Part shown: in pieces, positions 55,108-63,160 of the stretch
Layout: each line of letters opens with the position of its first letter
Numbering within the stretch: position 1 is the first letter of the stretch
Assembly (NCBI GenBank): GCA_028714535.1
Contig: JAQTME010000005.1
Coordinates: 2,781-66,780, forward strand
Length of the DNA: 64,000 nucleotides
Origin: Candidatus Iainarchaeum sp.
Lineage (GTDB): Archaea; Micrarchaeota; Micrarchaeia; Anstonellales; Bilamarchaeaceae
Direction: 5' to 3'
Translations under genes and position numbers: made by a program
The notes under the pieces: model-generated
Told to the model about the DNA's origin: nothing
The model's database searches: none
Seen by the model: the letters and a program-made list of their open reading frames with translations, nothing else

Positions 55108-55482
55108 TCAGCCTGTCCCAGGGGCGCCGAACACCGAAACGCAGTAAGACTTCTGCGTGGCGTTGGAGAACGCGTCGCAGATGGAGAGGTCGCCCGCGGC
55201 CTTGGCGACAGTGCCGTAGCACGATGGCCGGTTCGCCTGGTTGACGAGAGAATCGCACAGCGAGGTGCTCTTCGTGTCTGCTGCCTCCTGCACGCGGCAC
55301 CCGTCCATGCATAGCGTGCCGTTCCCCGCGTTGCCTGTCCCGCATTGGCTCACGCACCGCTGGAAATTGGCGCTGCCTGCTGCCGGGGGCTCGTTTCCGG
55401 CCCCGGGCGCAGATGGTTGTTGCAGGCAACCGGCAAACAACAGGACAAACGCCAATGTCATAATCCCTAATATTTTTCTCAT
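55108..55482 (-). CDS. Cys-rich lipoprotein
   Basis: Lipobox FAGC, repeated D.S(L/I)C..L......CY motifs. Confidence 0.75.
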   Translation of the reverse strand: MRKILGIMTLAFVLLFAGCLQQPSAPGAGNEPPAAGSANFQRCVSQCGTGNAGNGTLCMDGCRVQEAADTKSTSLCDSLVNQANRPSCYGTVAKAAGDLSICDAFSNATQKSYCVSVFGAPGTG

Positions 55483-55852
55483 AGGTATCCCCTTGATTTG
55501 GGATAATGCCGGGTAGCAATAAATAGGTTGGCCCCGGCCCGGCCCCGGCTGCAATGTCGTAAAAACTCTGGTTCTGGGGCCAGTGAAAAAAGTTTTCGCG
55601 CGCGTGCGTTTTGCGAAATTTTCGCTTACGATTGTAGTTTTGCGATTTTCCTTATATGCACGTTTTGCATTTTTCGTGCCATCCTTAAAAACAAACCTTT
55701 CATGATTAGCGCTAAGCTGATGGCGAAGTCCGTCAAGGGCGAGGTAAACGGGGCCATTTATCCAGAGTTCTCTTCACAGAACTCATTCGGTGGGAAAGCA
55801 TAGATTTTAAGGAGGTTGTAGTACAATTCAACCTTAATAGCCAGGTGTAATC

Positions 55853-56398
55853 ATGGGTTCAATAGCAGTTCAGGCTAAATACGAAAAAACAGCCGATCCA
55901 AAGAGGATGCTGACTCACGCGTTACTTAACGAAGCCATTCTTAAGGACTTGAAAAATGTCGGGGGCTTCTTGCCTGCCAGGACAGCTACCTTTCTCGAAT
56001 ACAAGGCAGGCGCGACAACGGCAATGGCCTGGAACGAAGGAGAGGGAAAAATCAGCATAAACCTGCCTCTTCAAAACGGCTGGTATGTGCCTGATGGGAA
56101 TCCGTTCGCTATTCCAAACGGCAGGCCAACTAAGGCCTATGAGCAAGACGCTCTTTGTTTATATCGTTATCAAGACAGGGATTTCAGCGGCCCTCTTTGG
56201 CGTGTCGGCTGGGCTGGAATCAAGAGGTTTGACGTCATGGCCTACAACTACGGGTCCACTGTTTTGGGGGTGGCGTTGATTGGCTGCGACGCCACTGTCG
56301 GCCTGCAACTGGTAAGAAATCCGACCGAGCTCATCGTAAAAGGAACGCCGGAGCAGCTCGATGCGGCAGTGAGACTGCTTGAGTCGCTCAAACAATAA
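55853..56398 (+). CDS. Hypothetical protein next to the tRNA 3' end
   Basis: 181-aa ORF with AGGTG SD motif, more AT-rich than the host core. Confidence 0.7.
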   Translation: MGSIAVQAKYEKTADPKRMLTHALLNEAILKDLKNVGGFLPARTATFLEYKAGATTAMAWNEGEGKISINLPLQNGWYVPDGNPFAIPNGRPTKAYEQDALCLYRYQDRDFSGPLWRVGWAGIKRFDVMAYNYGSTVLGVALIGCDATVGLQLVRNPTELIVKGTPEQLDAAVRLLESLKQ

Positions 56399-56471
56399 CA
56401 GCCCCTCTTCTTCAAGGGCGGGGAAAATCGTTTTCACGCCAGGCGCTTTGCGCCTAGCCAGTGAAAAAATA

Positions 56472-56598
56472 TGCTCCGTCTGGGATTTGAACCCAGGTCG
56501 ATGGAGGACTTCAAACTTTTCAGGCAGTTTTTGATGAAACTTTTTCCCAAAAAGTTTCTGAAAGTCCACAATCCTTGGCCGGACTAGACGAACGGAGC
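56472..56598 (-). tRNA. tRNA-Glu(UUC) with 52-nt intron (56507-56558) at position 37/38
   Basis: Acceptor GCTCCGT/ACGGAGC, T arm CTGGG TTCAAAT CCCAG, anticodon stem GTGGA/TCCAT, anticodon TTC. BHB: central CTTT/GAAG helix, two 3-nt bulges, outer AAACTTTT/AAAAGTTT. Confidence 0.93.
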
Positions 56599-56600
56599 TG

Positions 56601-57164
56601 CTAGAACAGCTTCATTATGCCGGCATGGACCTCGTCTATGCCCCTGCCCGCGTCAATCTTATGCCAATTCGGCGTTAAAAATCTTTCCCCGTGGAGCTTC
56701 AGGAAATTCGAGCGCACGGTGCCCAGGTAGGCGGCGTTTTCCTCGTAGCGGTCCAGCTCCTTCTGCTTCCTCTTGCGCGCCTGCGACACTTCGGGCGCTA
56801 TGTCCAGCAGTATGACCTTGTCCGGCTTCAGGAAGCCGACATTCTCGACTATGCGCTTCCCGTGCTCGTAGCTGATGCCGTTGACCTCGTAGGCGATTGT
56901 GGAGAAAACATAGCGGTCAAGGATGACCAGCTTGCCCTGGGCGAGCGCCGCCTTCACCTTCTCCTGCTCCTGGGCGATGTCGGCCAGGAAAAGCAGGAAC
57001 AGCGACTTAGAGTCTATGGAAACCTTCTTCTCCAGGTAGTCGTTCAGCATCTGGTAGTTCCTTGTGGGGTACTTGAACACGACGGCGTCCGGCCGCTCGG
57101 CCTTGAGGAGCTGGATCTGGGCCCCCTTCCCTCCCCCGTCCGGACCCTCAAAGACAACCAGCAT
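56601..57164 (-). CDS. tmk: Thymidylate kinase
   Basis: VFEGPDGGGKG P-loop, LFLAD, ILDRYVFSTIAYE, KPDKVILLD. Confidence 0.92.
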   Translation of the reverse strand: MLVVFEGPDGGGKGAQIQLLKAERPDAVVFKYPTRNYQMLNDYLEKKVSIDSKSLFLLFLADIAQEQEKVKAALAQGKLVILDRYVFSTIAYEVNGISYEHGKRIVENVGFLKPDKVILLDIAPEVSQARKRKQKELDRYEENAAYLGTVRSNFLKLHGERFLTPNWHKIDAGRGIDEVHAGIMKLF

Positions 57165-57276
57165 GAGCTAGCAAATGCGCCCCAACTTTTATAATACGAT
57201 TTTTCGCGCGCCTCCAACCCTTTATAATACTTTTTAAATGTTTCTAAATATAGAAATATGTGGAGGGGATATAGAT

Positions 57277-58578
57277 ATGACGATCAAATTGACACATGCA
57301 GACATGCGGCAGGGCAAGGCCCGTTCTGCCATTTTACCAATCGTTGCGAAGATGGCGATCGCGGCGCTGCCGCTGGTTTCCGCGCTGCCCGCCGGGGCTC
57401 AGACCAGCGCCGACTCGGGCGCCACCAACTGGCTGCGGAAGCTGGGGTGCTCAACGAAACAGCTTGTGGACGAAGCCCTCGCAAAGGACAGCGGCTATAG
57501 CGAGATGAAGGACACCACCAAGGAGAAGAAGACCTCGATCACACAGGCACTTGGCGTCTCTCTGGGTGCCAAGGCTCTGGGTGCCAAGGGCACCGCAAGA
57601 GGCGGTTCAGATGAGGACTCTCTGCGCAACGCGCTCAACTACCTCGGCCGGAAGACGGGCATGCCCAGCGACAAGCCCGCAAAGCTGCCGTACAAATACG
57701 GCGAAGCGGAGAACATCGTCGCAAAGGACACCATCTGCAATCAAAATCCTGCTATAAACACGATGACGCTGGTGCAGACATCCAAGCCGGCCGTTGTGAA
57801 GGTCGGCGACATAGTCGCGCAGCTGAGCGTTGAGTATTTTGGGGAAACTGCAAAATTCTTTACGGCTGGGTGGAAGGTCGTTGGAATCGACTCCAAGGGC
57901 ATCGAGCTTGCCCAGACGGTCAGGAAGGGGATATTCATGAGCGAGCACGCTTTAGTTACGATGCCTCGGATAAGAGTGCCATATGGCAGACTGGATACCG
58001 TGGATTATGCGAAAGCGGGCATCGCCATACCCATTACCATGCCCATAGATGTGCTCGTCCTGCTGAAGTCCATCGTTGTGAGGGCCGAGAAGGGCAGCGC
58101 GCCAGGCACGGCAACAGTGACTGCGACGTTCAAGGACCCGCAGCGGTTCTTGGATTCCTGCACGAAGACTGACGCTGAAGCGGCTAAGGCGCTTGCCCGC
58201 TACGAAGAGATGGGAGACGGGGAGTATATGCGCATGATGAACGCAAGGGATACGACCGTGACAAGGATTGTCAAGGTCGGCTCCGAAGCGGAAGGCTTCG
58301 GGAAGGTCGTCGCCATAGGGAAGAATGGTGTCACTTTCAGGGATGAATTCGACCCGCTCGCTGCCTCCCGGGACTCGGCCAATATCGCGATGCTGCTGGT
58401 GGGCGCGGACAAGCTACCGAAATGGGACACCACGTACACGATCGGCTACGGGCAGAAGCGCACCATCGGCGAATACGTCCTCCATCAGACCATAACCGTG
58501 GAAAAGGGCAAGGCGCCTGGCACGGCAATCCTGACCATCACGATGCCGGTAGTGCCGAAGGACACGGCAAAGCAGTGA
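57277..58578 (+). CDS. Orphan exported protein with internal domain duplication
   Basis: MTIKLTHADMRQGK leader plus hydrophobic segment. Two copies of VKVG...KVV.I...G...YG...V.(A)EKG.APGTA. Confidence 0.72.
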   Translation: MTIKLTHADMRQGKARSAILPIVAKMAIAALPLVSALPAGAQTSADSGATNWLRKLGCSTKQLVDEALAKDSGYSEMKDTTKEKKTSITQALGVSLGAKALGAKGTARGGSDEDSLRNALNYLGRKTGMPSDKPAKLPYKYGEAENIVAKDTICNQNPAINTMTLVQTSKPAVVKVGDIVAQLSVEYFGETAKFFTAGWKVVGIDSKGIELAQTVRKGIFMSEHALVTMPRIRVPYGRLDTVDYAKAGIAIPITMPIDVLVLLKSIVVRAEKGSAPGTATVTATFKDPQRFLDSCTKTDAEAAKALARYEEMGDGEYMRMMNARDTTVTRIVKVGSEAEGFGKVVAIGKNGVTFRDEFDPLAASRDSANIAMLLVGADKLPKWDTTYTIGYGQKRTIGEYVLHQTITVEKGKAPGTAILTITMPVVPKDTAKQ

Positions 58579-58610
58579 TTTTTTCCTTTTTCAAAATTCC
58601 TTTTTTTCAG

Positions 58611-58737
58611 CCGCGCGCCCGACCGCCCTTGCGGGGCGGGCAGGGCCCATCCGATTATGGCGGACCGCGCGGGCCACGGCATCCTGGCGCCGGCATCGCC
58701 GTGGTTTGCCATCTGCGCCGCATTTCATTGCGGCGGC
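58611..58737. other. GC-rich, extensively base-paired intergenic element (candidate ncRNA)
   Basis: Stems CCGCGC/GCGCGG, CCGCCC/GGGCGG, CCACGGC/GCCGTGG and GCCGCA/TGCGGC. Confidence 0.4.
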
Positions 58738-58773
58738 ATTATAATACTTATTTCGCAAGGATAATCGGTGCAT

Positions 58774-59661
58774 ATGGACCTCATTTCTATAAGGGACCTG
58801 GACAGGAAGACGGTGGAGAGGCTGCTCGATTCCGCCGACGCCATCGCGAACGGGAAGAAGAAGCCGGACATGGGCGGGAAGATACTCGCCACGCTCTTCT
58901 TCGAGCCGTCGACGCGCACGAAACTGTCGTTCCAGTCCGCCGCGCTCCGCTCGCACATGGGATACCTGGACTTCGACCCGGAAACGAGTTCGCTGCGCAA
59001 GGGCGAGAGCTTCGCCGATACGGTGCGCACGGTCGAAGGCTACGCGGACGTGCTCGCGATACGCCACCCGAAAGAGGGCGCGGCGCGGCTGGCTGCGGAT
59101 TTCGCGTCCAAGCCGGTGATAAACTGCGGGGACGGCGCGAACCAGCACCCGACCCAGACGCTCATAGACCTCTTCACCATAAGGCGGTGCAAGGGCAGGA
59201 TAAGCGGGCTCAACGTGACGCTCCTGGGCGATTTGAAGCACGCGCGCACCATGCGCTCGCTTGTGTGCGGGCTCGCCATGTTCGGCGCGAACGTGACGCT
59301 CGTATCGCCCGAGGGCCTGGAGATGGACCAGGCGTACGTGGACGAGGTCAAGGGCAGGTTCGACTTCAAGGTGACCGCCAGGAACGAGCCGGATTACAGG
59401 AACGCGGACGTGCTCTACGTGTGCAGGATACAGCAGGAGAGGTTCGCAGACCCGTACGAGGCGAAGAAAATCACGGAGAAGTTCATGGTGAAGAAGGAGG
59501 CCATAGAGGCGGCCAGGGAGGACCTCGTGATACTCCACCCGCTCCCGAAGGTGAACGAGATAGAGGCCGCGATAGACGGCATGAAGCAGGCGAAATACTT
59601 CGACCAGGCGCACTACGGCATACCTGTGCGCGAGGCGATACTGGAATACGCGCTAGGGTGA
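58774..59661 (+). CDS. pyrB: Aspartate carbamoyltransferase catalytic subunit
   Basis: FFEPSTRT, KGESFADT, IRHP, NQHPTQTLID, LHPLP. Confidence 0.96.
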   Translation: MDLISIRDLDRKTVERLLDSADAIANGKKKPDMGGKILATLFFEPSTRTKLSFQSAALRSHMGYLDFDPETSSLRKGESFADTVRTVEGYADVLAIRHPKEGAARLAADFASKPVINCGDGANQHPTQTLIDLFTIRRCKGRISGLNVTLLGDLKHARTMRSLVCGLAMFGANVTLVSPEGLEMDQAYVDEVKGRFDFKVTARNEPDYRNADVLYVCRIQQERFADPYEAKKITEKFMVKKEAIEAAREDLVILHPLPKVNEIEAAIDGMKQAKYFDQAHYGIPVREAILEYALG

Positions 59662-59711
59662 TTGGATGGACTCCGTTCATCGCCCACCTTTCGCGGGCTC
59701 AAGGTGAAAAC

Positions 59712-60137
59712 ATGCAGGTTGACAAGATAGAGATGGGCACGGTCATAGACCACATACAGGCGGGGAAGGCGTCGAAGGTCATGCGGCTGCTGGACATAGG
59801 CGAGGGCTACCAGCACCGCGTCGCGGTCGTGCTGAACGTGTCCAGCAAGAAGATGGGCACAAAGGACATACTCAAGATACAGGGCAAGCTCGTATCTCCC
59901 GAGGTGGCGAACCTCATCGCGCTCGTGTCGCCCACGGCGACCATAAACATAATAAAGGGCGGGAAGCTGGAGAAGAAATACAAGGTGAGCATGCCGAAGG
60001 AGGTGCACGGCCACGGGAAATGCCCCAACCCGAACTGCATAAGCGGGGAGAACGTGGAGCGGTTCTTCACCATAGACCGGGGCGGCTACCGCTGCCACTA
60101 CTGCGAGCGGCTCTTCAAGGCAGAGGAGTTGGTGTGA
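59712..60137 (+). CDS. pyrI: Aspartate carbamoyltransferase regulatory subunit
   Basis: IEMGTVIDHI, KDILKI, ATINII, CPNPNCIS...CHYCE. Confidence 0.95.
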   Translation: MQVDKIEMGTVIDHIQAGKASKVMRLLDIGEGYQHRVAVVLNVSSKKMGTKDILKIQGKLVSPEVANLIALVSPTATINIIKGGKLEKKYKVSMPKEVHGHGKCPNPNCISGENVERFFTIDRGGYRCHYCERLFKAEELV

Positions 60138-60575
60138 ATGGTGCTTGGCATAGGGGAAGGCAAGATAGACATCGTCGTGGGGAAGACGGCGTTCATGCGC
60201 GGCGAGACGATAGGCGGGAAGGTCGTATTGACGCTCAACCAGCCGAAGCAGGCGCGCGGGCTCAGGATCGCGCTCATAGCGGAAAGGGAAATCTGGAGGC
60301 ACGACGCCCGCGGCCACAGGACAAGGCACACCGAGACGGTGTTCTCGTCCCCGCTCAGGCTCGGCGAGGAGAAGGAATACCCTGCCGGGCAGAGCACGTA
60401 CGACTTTTCGATAGCTGTGCCTGACCTGCCGATGCCCACGGGCACGAAAGTGGGCCTTGGCCCGCTCAGCTTCACCATCGGGGGCGCGCCGCCCCTGAAA
60501 TGGCGGCTGGAGTCGTCGCTGGACCTGTCGATGTCGTTCGACATCAACAAAAAATTGCCCATAACCGTAGGCTAG
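60138..60575 (+). CDS. Arrestin-N/SpoOM-like protein
   Basis: MVLGIGEGKIDI...GETIGGKVVL...YDFSIAVP...WRLESSLDLSMSFDI pattern. Confidence 0.6.
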   Translation: MVLGIGEGKIDIVVGKTAFMRGETIGGKVVLTLNQPKQARGLRIALIAEREIWRHDARGHRTRHTETVFSSPLRLGEEKEYPAGQSTYDFSIAVPDLPMPTGTKVGLGPLSFTIGGAPPLKWRLESSLDLSMSFDINKKLPITVG

Positions 60576-60578
60576 CCC

Positions 60579-61001
60579 ATGGAATACAGGAAAAGCGGCA
60601 GCACGCTGGTCGTGCGCTTTGAAGACGGGGAGGAGCTCGTTTCCTCATTCACGAAGCTCTGCAGCAGCGAGCGGATAACCGGCGGCGTGGTGACCGCCAT
60701 CGGCGCGGTGAGGGACGCGGAGATATCCGTGTTCAACCCTGCGACGAAAACGTATGCGTATGTTACCGTCAAGGAGAACTGCGAGATAGTTTCGCTGGCC
60801 GGGTCCGCGTCAGTGCTCGATGGCGCGCCATGGCCGCACCTGCACATCGCGCTGGCAAGGCAGGATTTCAGCGTCGTGGGCGGGCACCTGAAAAAGGCAA
60901 CCGTCAGCCCGACGTGCGAGATGGCGATAACGCTCGTTGACAGATTGGAAAGGAAGAGGGACGCGAAGAGCGGGCTCGCGCTGCTTGATTTGAAAAAATG
61001 A
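60579..61001 (+). CDS. PPC/DUF296 domain protein
   Basis: VVRFEDGEEL, AIGAV, EIVSLAG, HLHIAL, VVGGHL, TCE. Confidence 0.9.
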   Translation: MEYRKSGSTLVVRFEDGEELVSSFTKLCSSERITGGVVTAIGAVRDAEISVFNPATKTYAYVTVKENCEIVSLAGSASVLDGAPWPHLHIALARQDFSVVGGHLKKATVSPTCEMAITLVDRLERKRDAKSGLALLDLKK

Positions 61002-61002
61002 T

Positions 61003-61668
61003 TCAGCCCCTGAACTTCAGGACCACGAACAGATGGTCCTTGTCGAACGGCTCGAGGCGTATCTTCTCCAGTATCTCGAACGCTGTTTCCAGCTTCTTCA
61101 CGACCGCGTCGAAGACGAGCTTCGGGTCCTTGGTCACGTCTATGCTCTGGCTCTTTATGCATATCATGGCGATGCCGCCGGGCTTCAGGAACATCCTCGC
61201 GTTCTTGATTATTATGTCGTCCTGGTCCGGCTGTGCGACGTCCTGGTAGAGGGCGTCCACCTGCCCGACCTCCTCGTATTGCTGCGGCTGGCGCGCGTCC
61301 GCATGTATCGGGATTATGTTCTGCCGCCGGTCAGAGAGCGCGATGAGCGACTTCATGCACTGCGGCGCGATTTCAACTGCGAATAACTCGCCGCTTTCGC
61401 CGACGATGTCGGAAAGGTGCGATATGGTCGTGCCTGTCGAGGCGCCGAGGTAGAGCGTCTTGCTGCCGGGCGCGAACGGGAAGTTCTTCAGCTCCTTCCT
61501 CATGGCAGCGCAGAGCTTGCTGCGGAACGGGTCCCAGAAGCGGTATTCCTTCCCGTCTATCTTGGAGCACCGCTCGCCGTATACCTTGTGCCCGGGGTCC
61601 GCGCTCAGGGTGGCGAAGCTGTTGTCGAGCAGCGATACGCCTTCGTAGGATGACTTTGAGACGTTCAT
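61003..61668 (-). CDS. flpA: Fibrillarin (box C/D rRNA methyltransferase)
   Basis: VYGE, YRFWDPFRSKL, LYLGASTGTTISH, DVAQPDQ, LEPFDKDH. Confidence 0.96.
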   Translation of the reverse strand: MNVSKSSYEGVSLLDNSFATLSADPGHKVYGERCSKIDGKEYRFWDPFRSKLCAAMRKELKNFPFAPGSKTLYLGASTGTTISHLSDIVGESGELFAVEIAPQCMKSLIALSDRRQNIIPIHADARQPQQYEEVGQVDALYQDVAQPDQDDIIIKNARMFLKPGGIAMICIKSQSIDVTKDPKLVFDAVVKKLETAFEILEKIRLEPFDKDHLFVVLKFRG

Positions 61669-61762
61669 GAGCGGCTTTTGCCTGCAATATTATTAAATAA
61701 CGGGCGGCTGTAAAGCACGGCCGGGGCGGCCCGTGCAGGCCGCGCACCGGCGGAATGAAGGG

Positions 61763-61770
61763 TTTAAATA
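61763..61770 (+). promoter_or_regulatory. TATA box of the ribosomal protein operon
   Basis: TTTAAATA upstream of rps19e, with a GAGGTG SD motif before the ATG. Confidence 0.55.
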
Positions 61771-61834
61771 GCATATGCTCATAATTTCCTCTGCAAATCG
61801 TTCAAATTTTCCGTCGCGATAGCGAGGTGTATGA

Positions 61835-62242
61835 ATGGTTACGGTATTTGATGTTGAACCAAACAAGCTCATAGCCAAGGCGGCTGATAAGCTTAAGGGG
61901 ATGAAGCTGCCCAAGCCGGCGTTCGTCGGCCTGGTGAAGACCGGCCCGCACGTGCAGAGGCCACCGATACAGGAGGACTTCTGGTACACGCGCTGCGCCT
62001 CCATACTCAGGCAGGCGTACATCAACGGCACGGTCGGCATCAACAGGCTCAGGAGGCACTACGGCGGCAGGAAGCGCAGGGGCGTGAAGCCTCCGGCGCA
62101 CTCGGCTTCCGGCGGCTCGACCATAAGGAAGGCGATGCAGGAGCTTGAGAGGGCAGGCCTGCTCATAAAGCAGAAGGCAGGCAGGACCCTTTCCCCCAAG
62201 GGAAGGAAGCTCCTCGACAGCGCCGCCAAAGAGAGCGGCTGA
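61835..62242 (+). CDS. rps19e: 30S ribosomal protein S19e
   Basis: VKTG...RPP..EDFWYTRCASILR, LRRHYGG, IRKAMQELE. Confidence 0.96.
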   Translation: MVTVFDVEPNKLIAKAADKLKGMKLPKPAFVGLVKTGPHVQRPPIQEDFWYTRCASILRQAYINGTVGINRLRRHYGGRKRRGVKPPAHSASGGSTIRKAMQELERAGLLIKQKAGRTLSPKGRKLLDSAAKESG

Positions 62243-62244
62243 AC

Positions 62245-62535
62245 ATGGAGGGCGAGGAAGGGCTCGAGGAGGCCCGCAAGAAGAGGATGGAGGCGCGCAG
62301 GGCGGAGGAGCAGATAAAGACTTCGCTCCGGGTCGCCCTGGAGGACAGCGCCTACGACCGCATGATGAACGTCTCGCACGCGAACAGGGAGCTGTTCGTC
62401 AACGCGGCGAGGCACGTGTTCGCGGTGTACAAGCGCGCCGGGCGGAAGCTCACCGAGAGCGAGCTGCTCGCGGTGCTCAGGGCCGTGAAGGGCCAGACCG
62501 AGACGGAAACCACGATAACGTTCCACAAGAAGTGA
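62245..62535 (+). CDS. PDCD5-like DNA-binding protein
   Basis: Conserved position after rps19e. L...A..R..NV and LTE.EL..VL patterns. Confidence 0.85.
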   Translation: MEGEEGLEEARKKRMEARRAEEQIKTSLRVALEDSAYDRMMNVSHANRELFVNAARHVFAVYKRAGRKLTESELLAVLRAVKGQTETETTITFHKK

Positions 62536-62539
62536 TCAT

Positions 62540-62698
62540 ATGGGCAAGAAAGGACTGGTGAAGAAGATGAGGCTCGCGAAAGCGGGCAGGAAGATAAGGC
62601 GCATACCGGCCTTCGTCATGATAAGGACGAAGAGGAGGGTCACCTATAACAGGAGGCGCAGGGACTGGCGCACGGCCAAGCTCGGCATAAAGGAGTGA
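62540..62698 (+). CDS. rpl39e: 50S ribosomal protein L39e (not in ORF track)
   Basis: KKMRLAKA...RIPAFV..RT..RV.YN.RRR.WR..KL. Confidence 0.93.
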   Translation: MGKKGLVKKMRLAKAGRKIRRIPAFVMIRTKRRVTYNRRRRDWRTAKLGIKE

Positions 62699-62703
62699 TT
62701 TTC

Positions 62704-63159
62704 ATGAAACTTGAAAGGGTCTATACTGTTCCGCTCGGGAAGGCAAGCGACGTCGCGAGGCAGAAGAGGGTGCCGCGCGCGGTCAAAATCCTCAGGCAGT
62801 TCATCTCCAGGCACATGAAGCAGGAGGACGAGAGGATAACCATCAGCGCGATGCTCAACGAATACTTCTGGGCGCGCAGCATAAAGAAGCCGCCCAGGCG
62901 CGTGAAGGTCAGGCTCATCAAGGACGCCGGCTTCATCAGGGCGTACCTCGCGGACGAGAAGGTAACCGAGCCGAAGAAGAAAACGGAGGAGAAGAAGGAA
63001 GAGCCGAAAAAGGCAGAGGCGAAGAAAGAGGAGCCCAAGCCGGCTCATGCGCCTGCCGCTCCGAAGCCGGCGGCCGCTGGCAAAGCGCCATCTGCTCCCG
63101 CACCCAAAACAGCCGCGCCCAAGCCGGCAGCGCCGGCCCACACCGGAGAGAAAAAATAA
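62704..63159 (+). CDS. rpl31e: 50S ribosomal protein L31e with long low-complexity C-terminal tail
   Basis: ERVYTVPL...RAVKILRQFISRHMK...WARSIKKPPRRVKV. Confidence 0.93.
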   Translation: MKLERVYTVPLGKASDVARQKRVPRAVKILRQFISRHMKQEDERITISAMLNEYFWARSIKKPPRRVKVRLIKDAGFIRAYLADEKVTEPKKKTEEKKEEPKKAEAKKEEPKPAHAPAAPKPAAAGKAPSAPAPKTAAPKPAAPAHTGEKK

Positions 63160-63160
63160 G

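Noticed and set aside
55702-55803. 33-codon ORF upstream of the tRNA-adjacent gene
   Set aside because: It has no clear SD motif or recognisable sequence and cannot be distinguished from chance.
56472-56500. Duplicate of the tRNA 3' end as attL/attR for the defence island
   Set aside because: I saw no second copy in the window, and the island lies 8 kb away.
58611-58737. 5S rRNA or RNase P RNA assignment for the structured element
   Set aside because: The domain order and sizes do not fit 5S, and the RNase P conserved regions (GAGGAAAGUCC etc.) are absent.
58422-60137. 571-aa ORF ending in PyrI
   Set aside because: Only the last 141 codons from ATG 59712 are PyrI. The rest is an off-frame overlap with pyrB.
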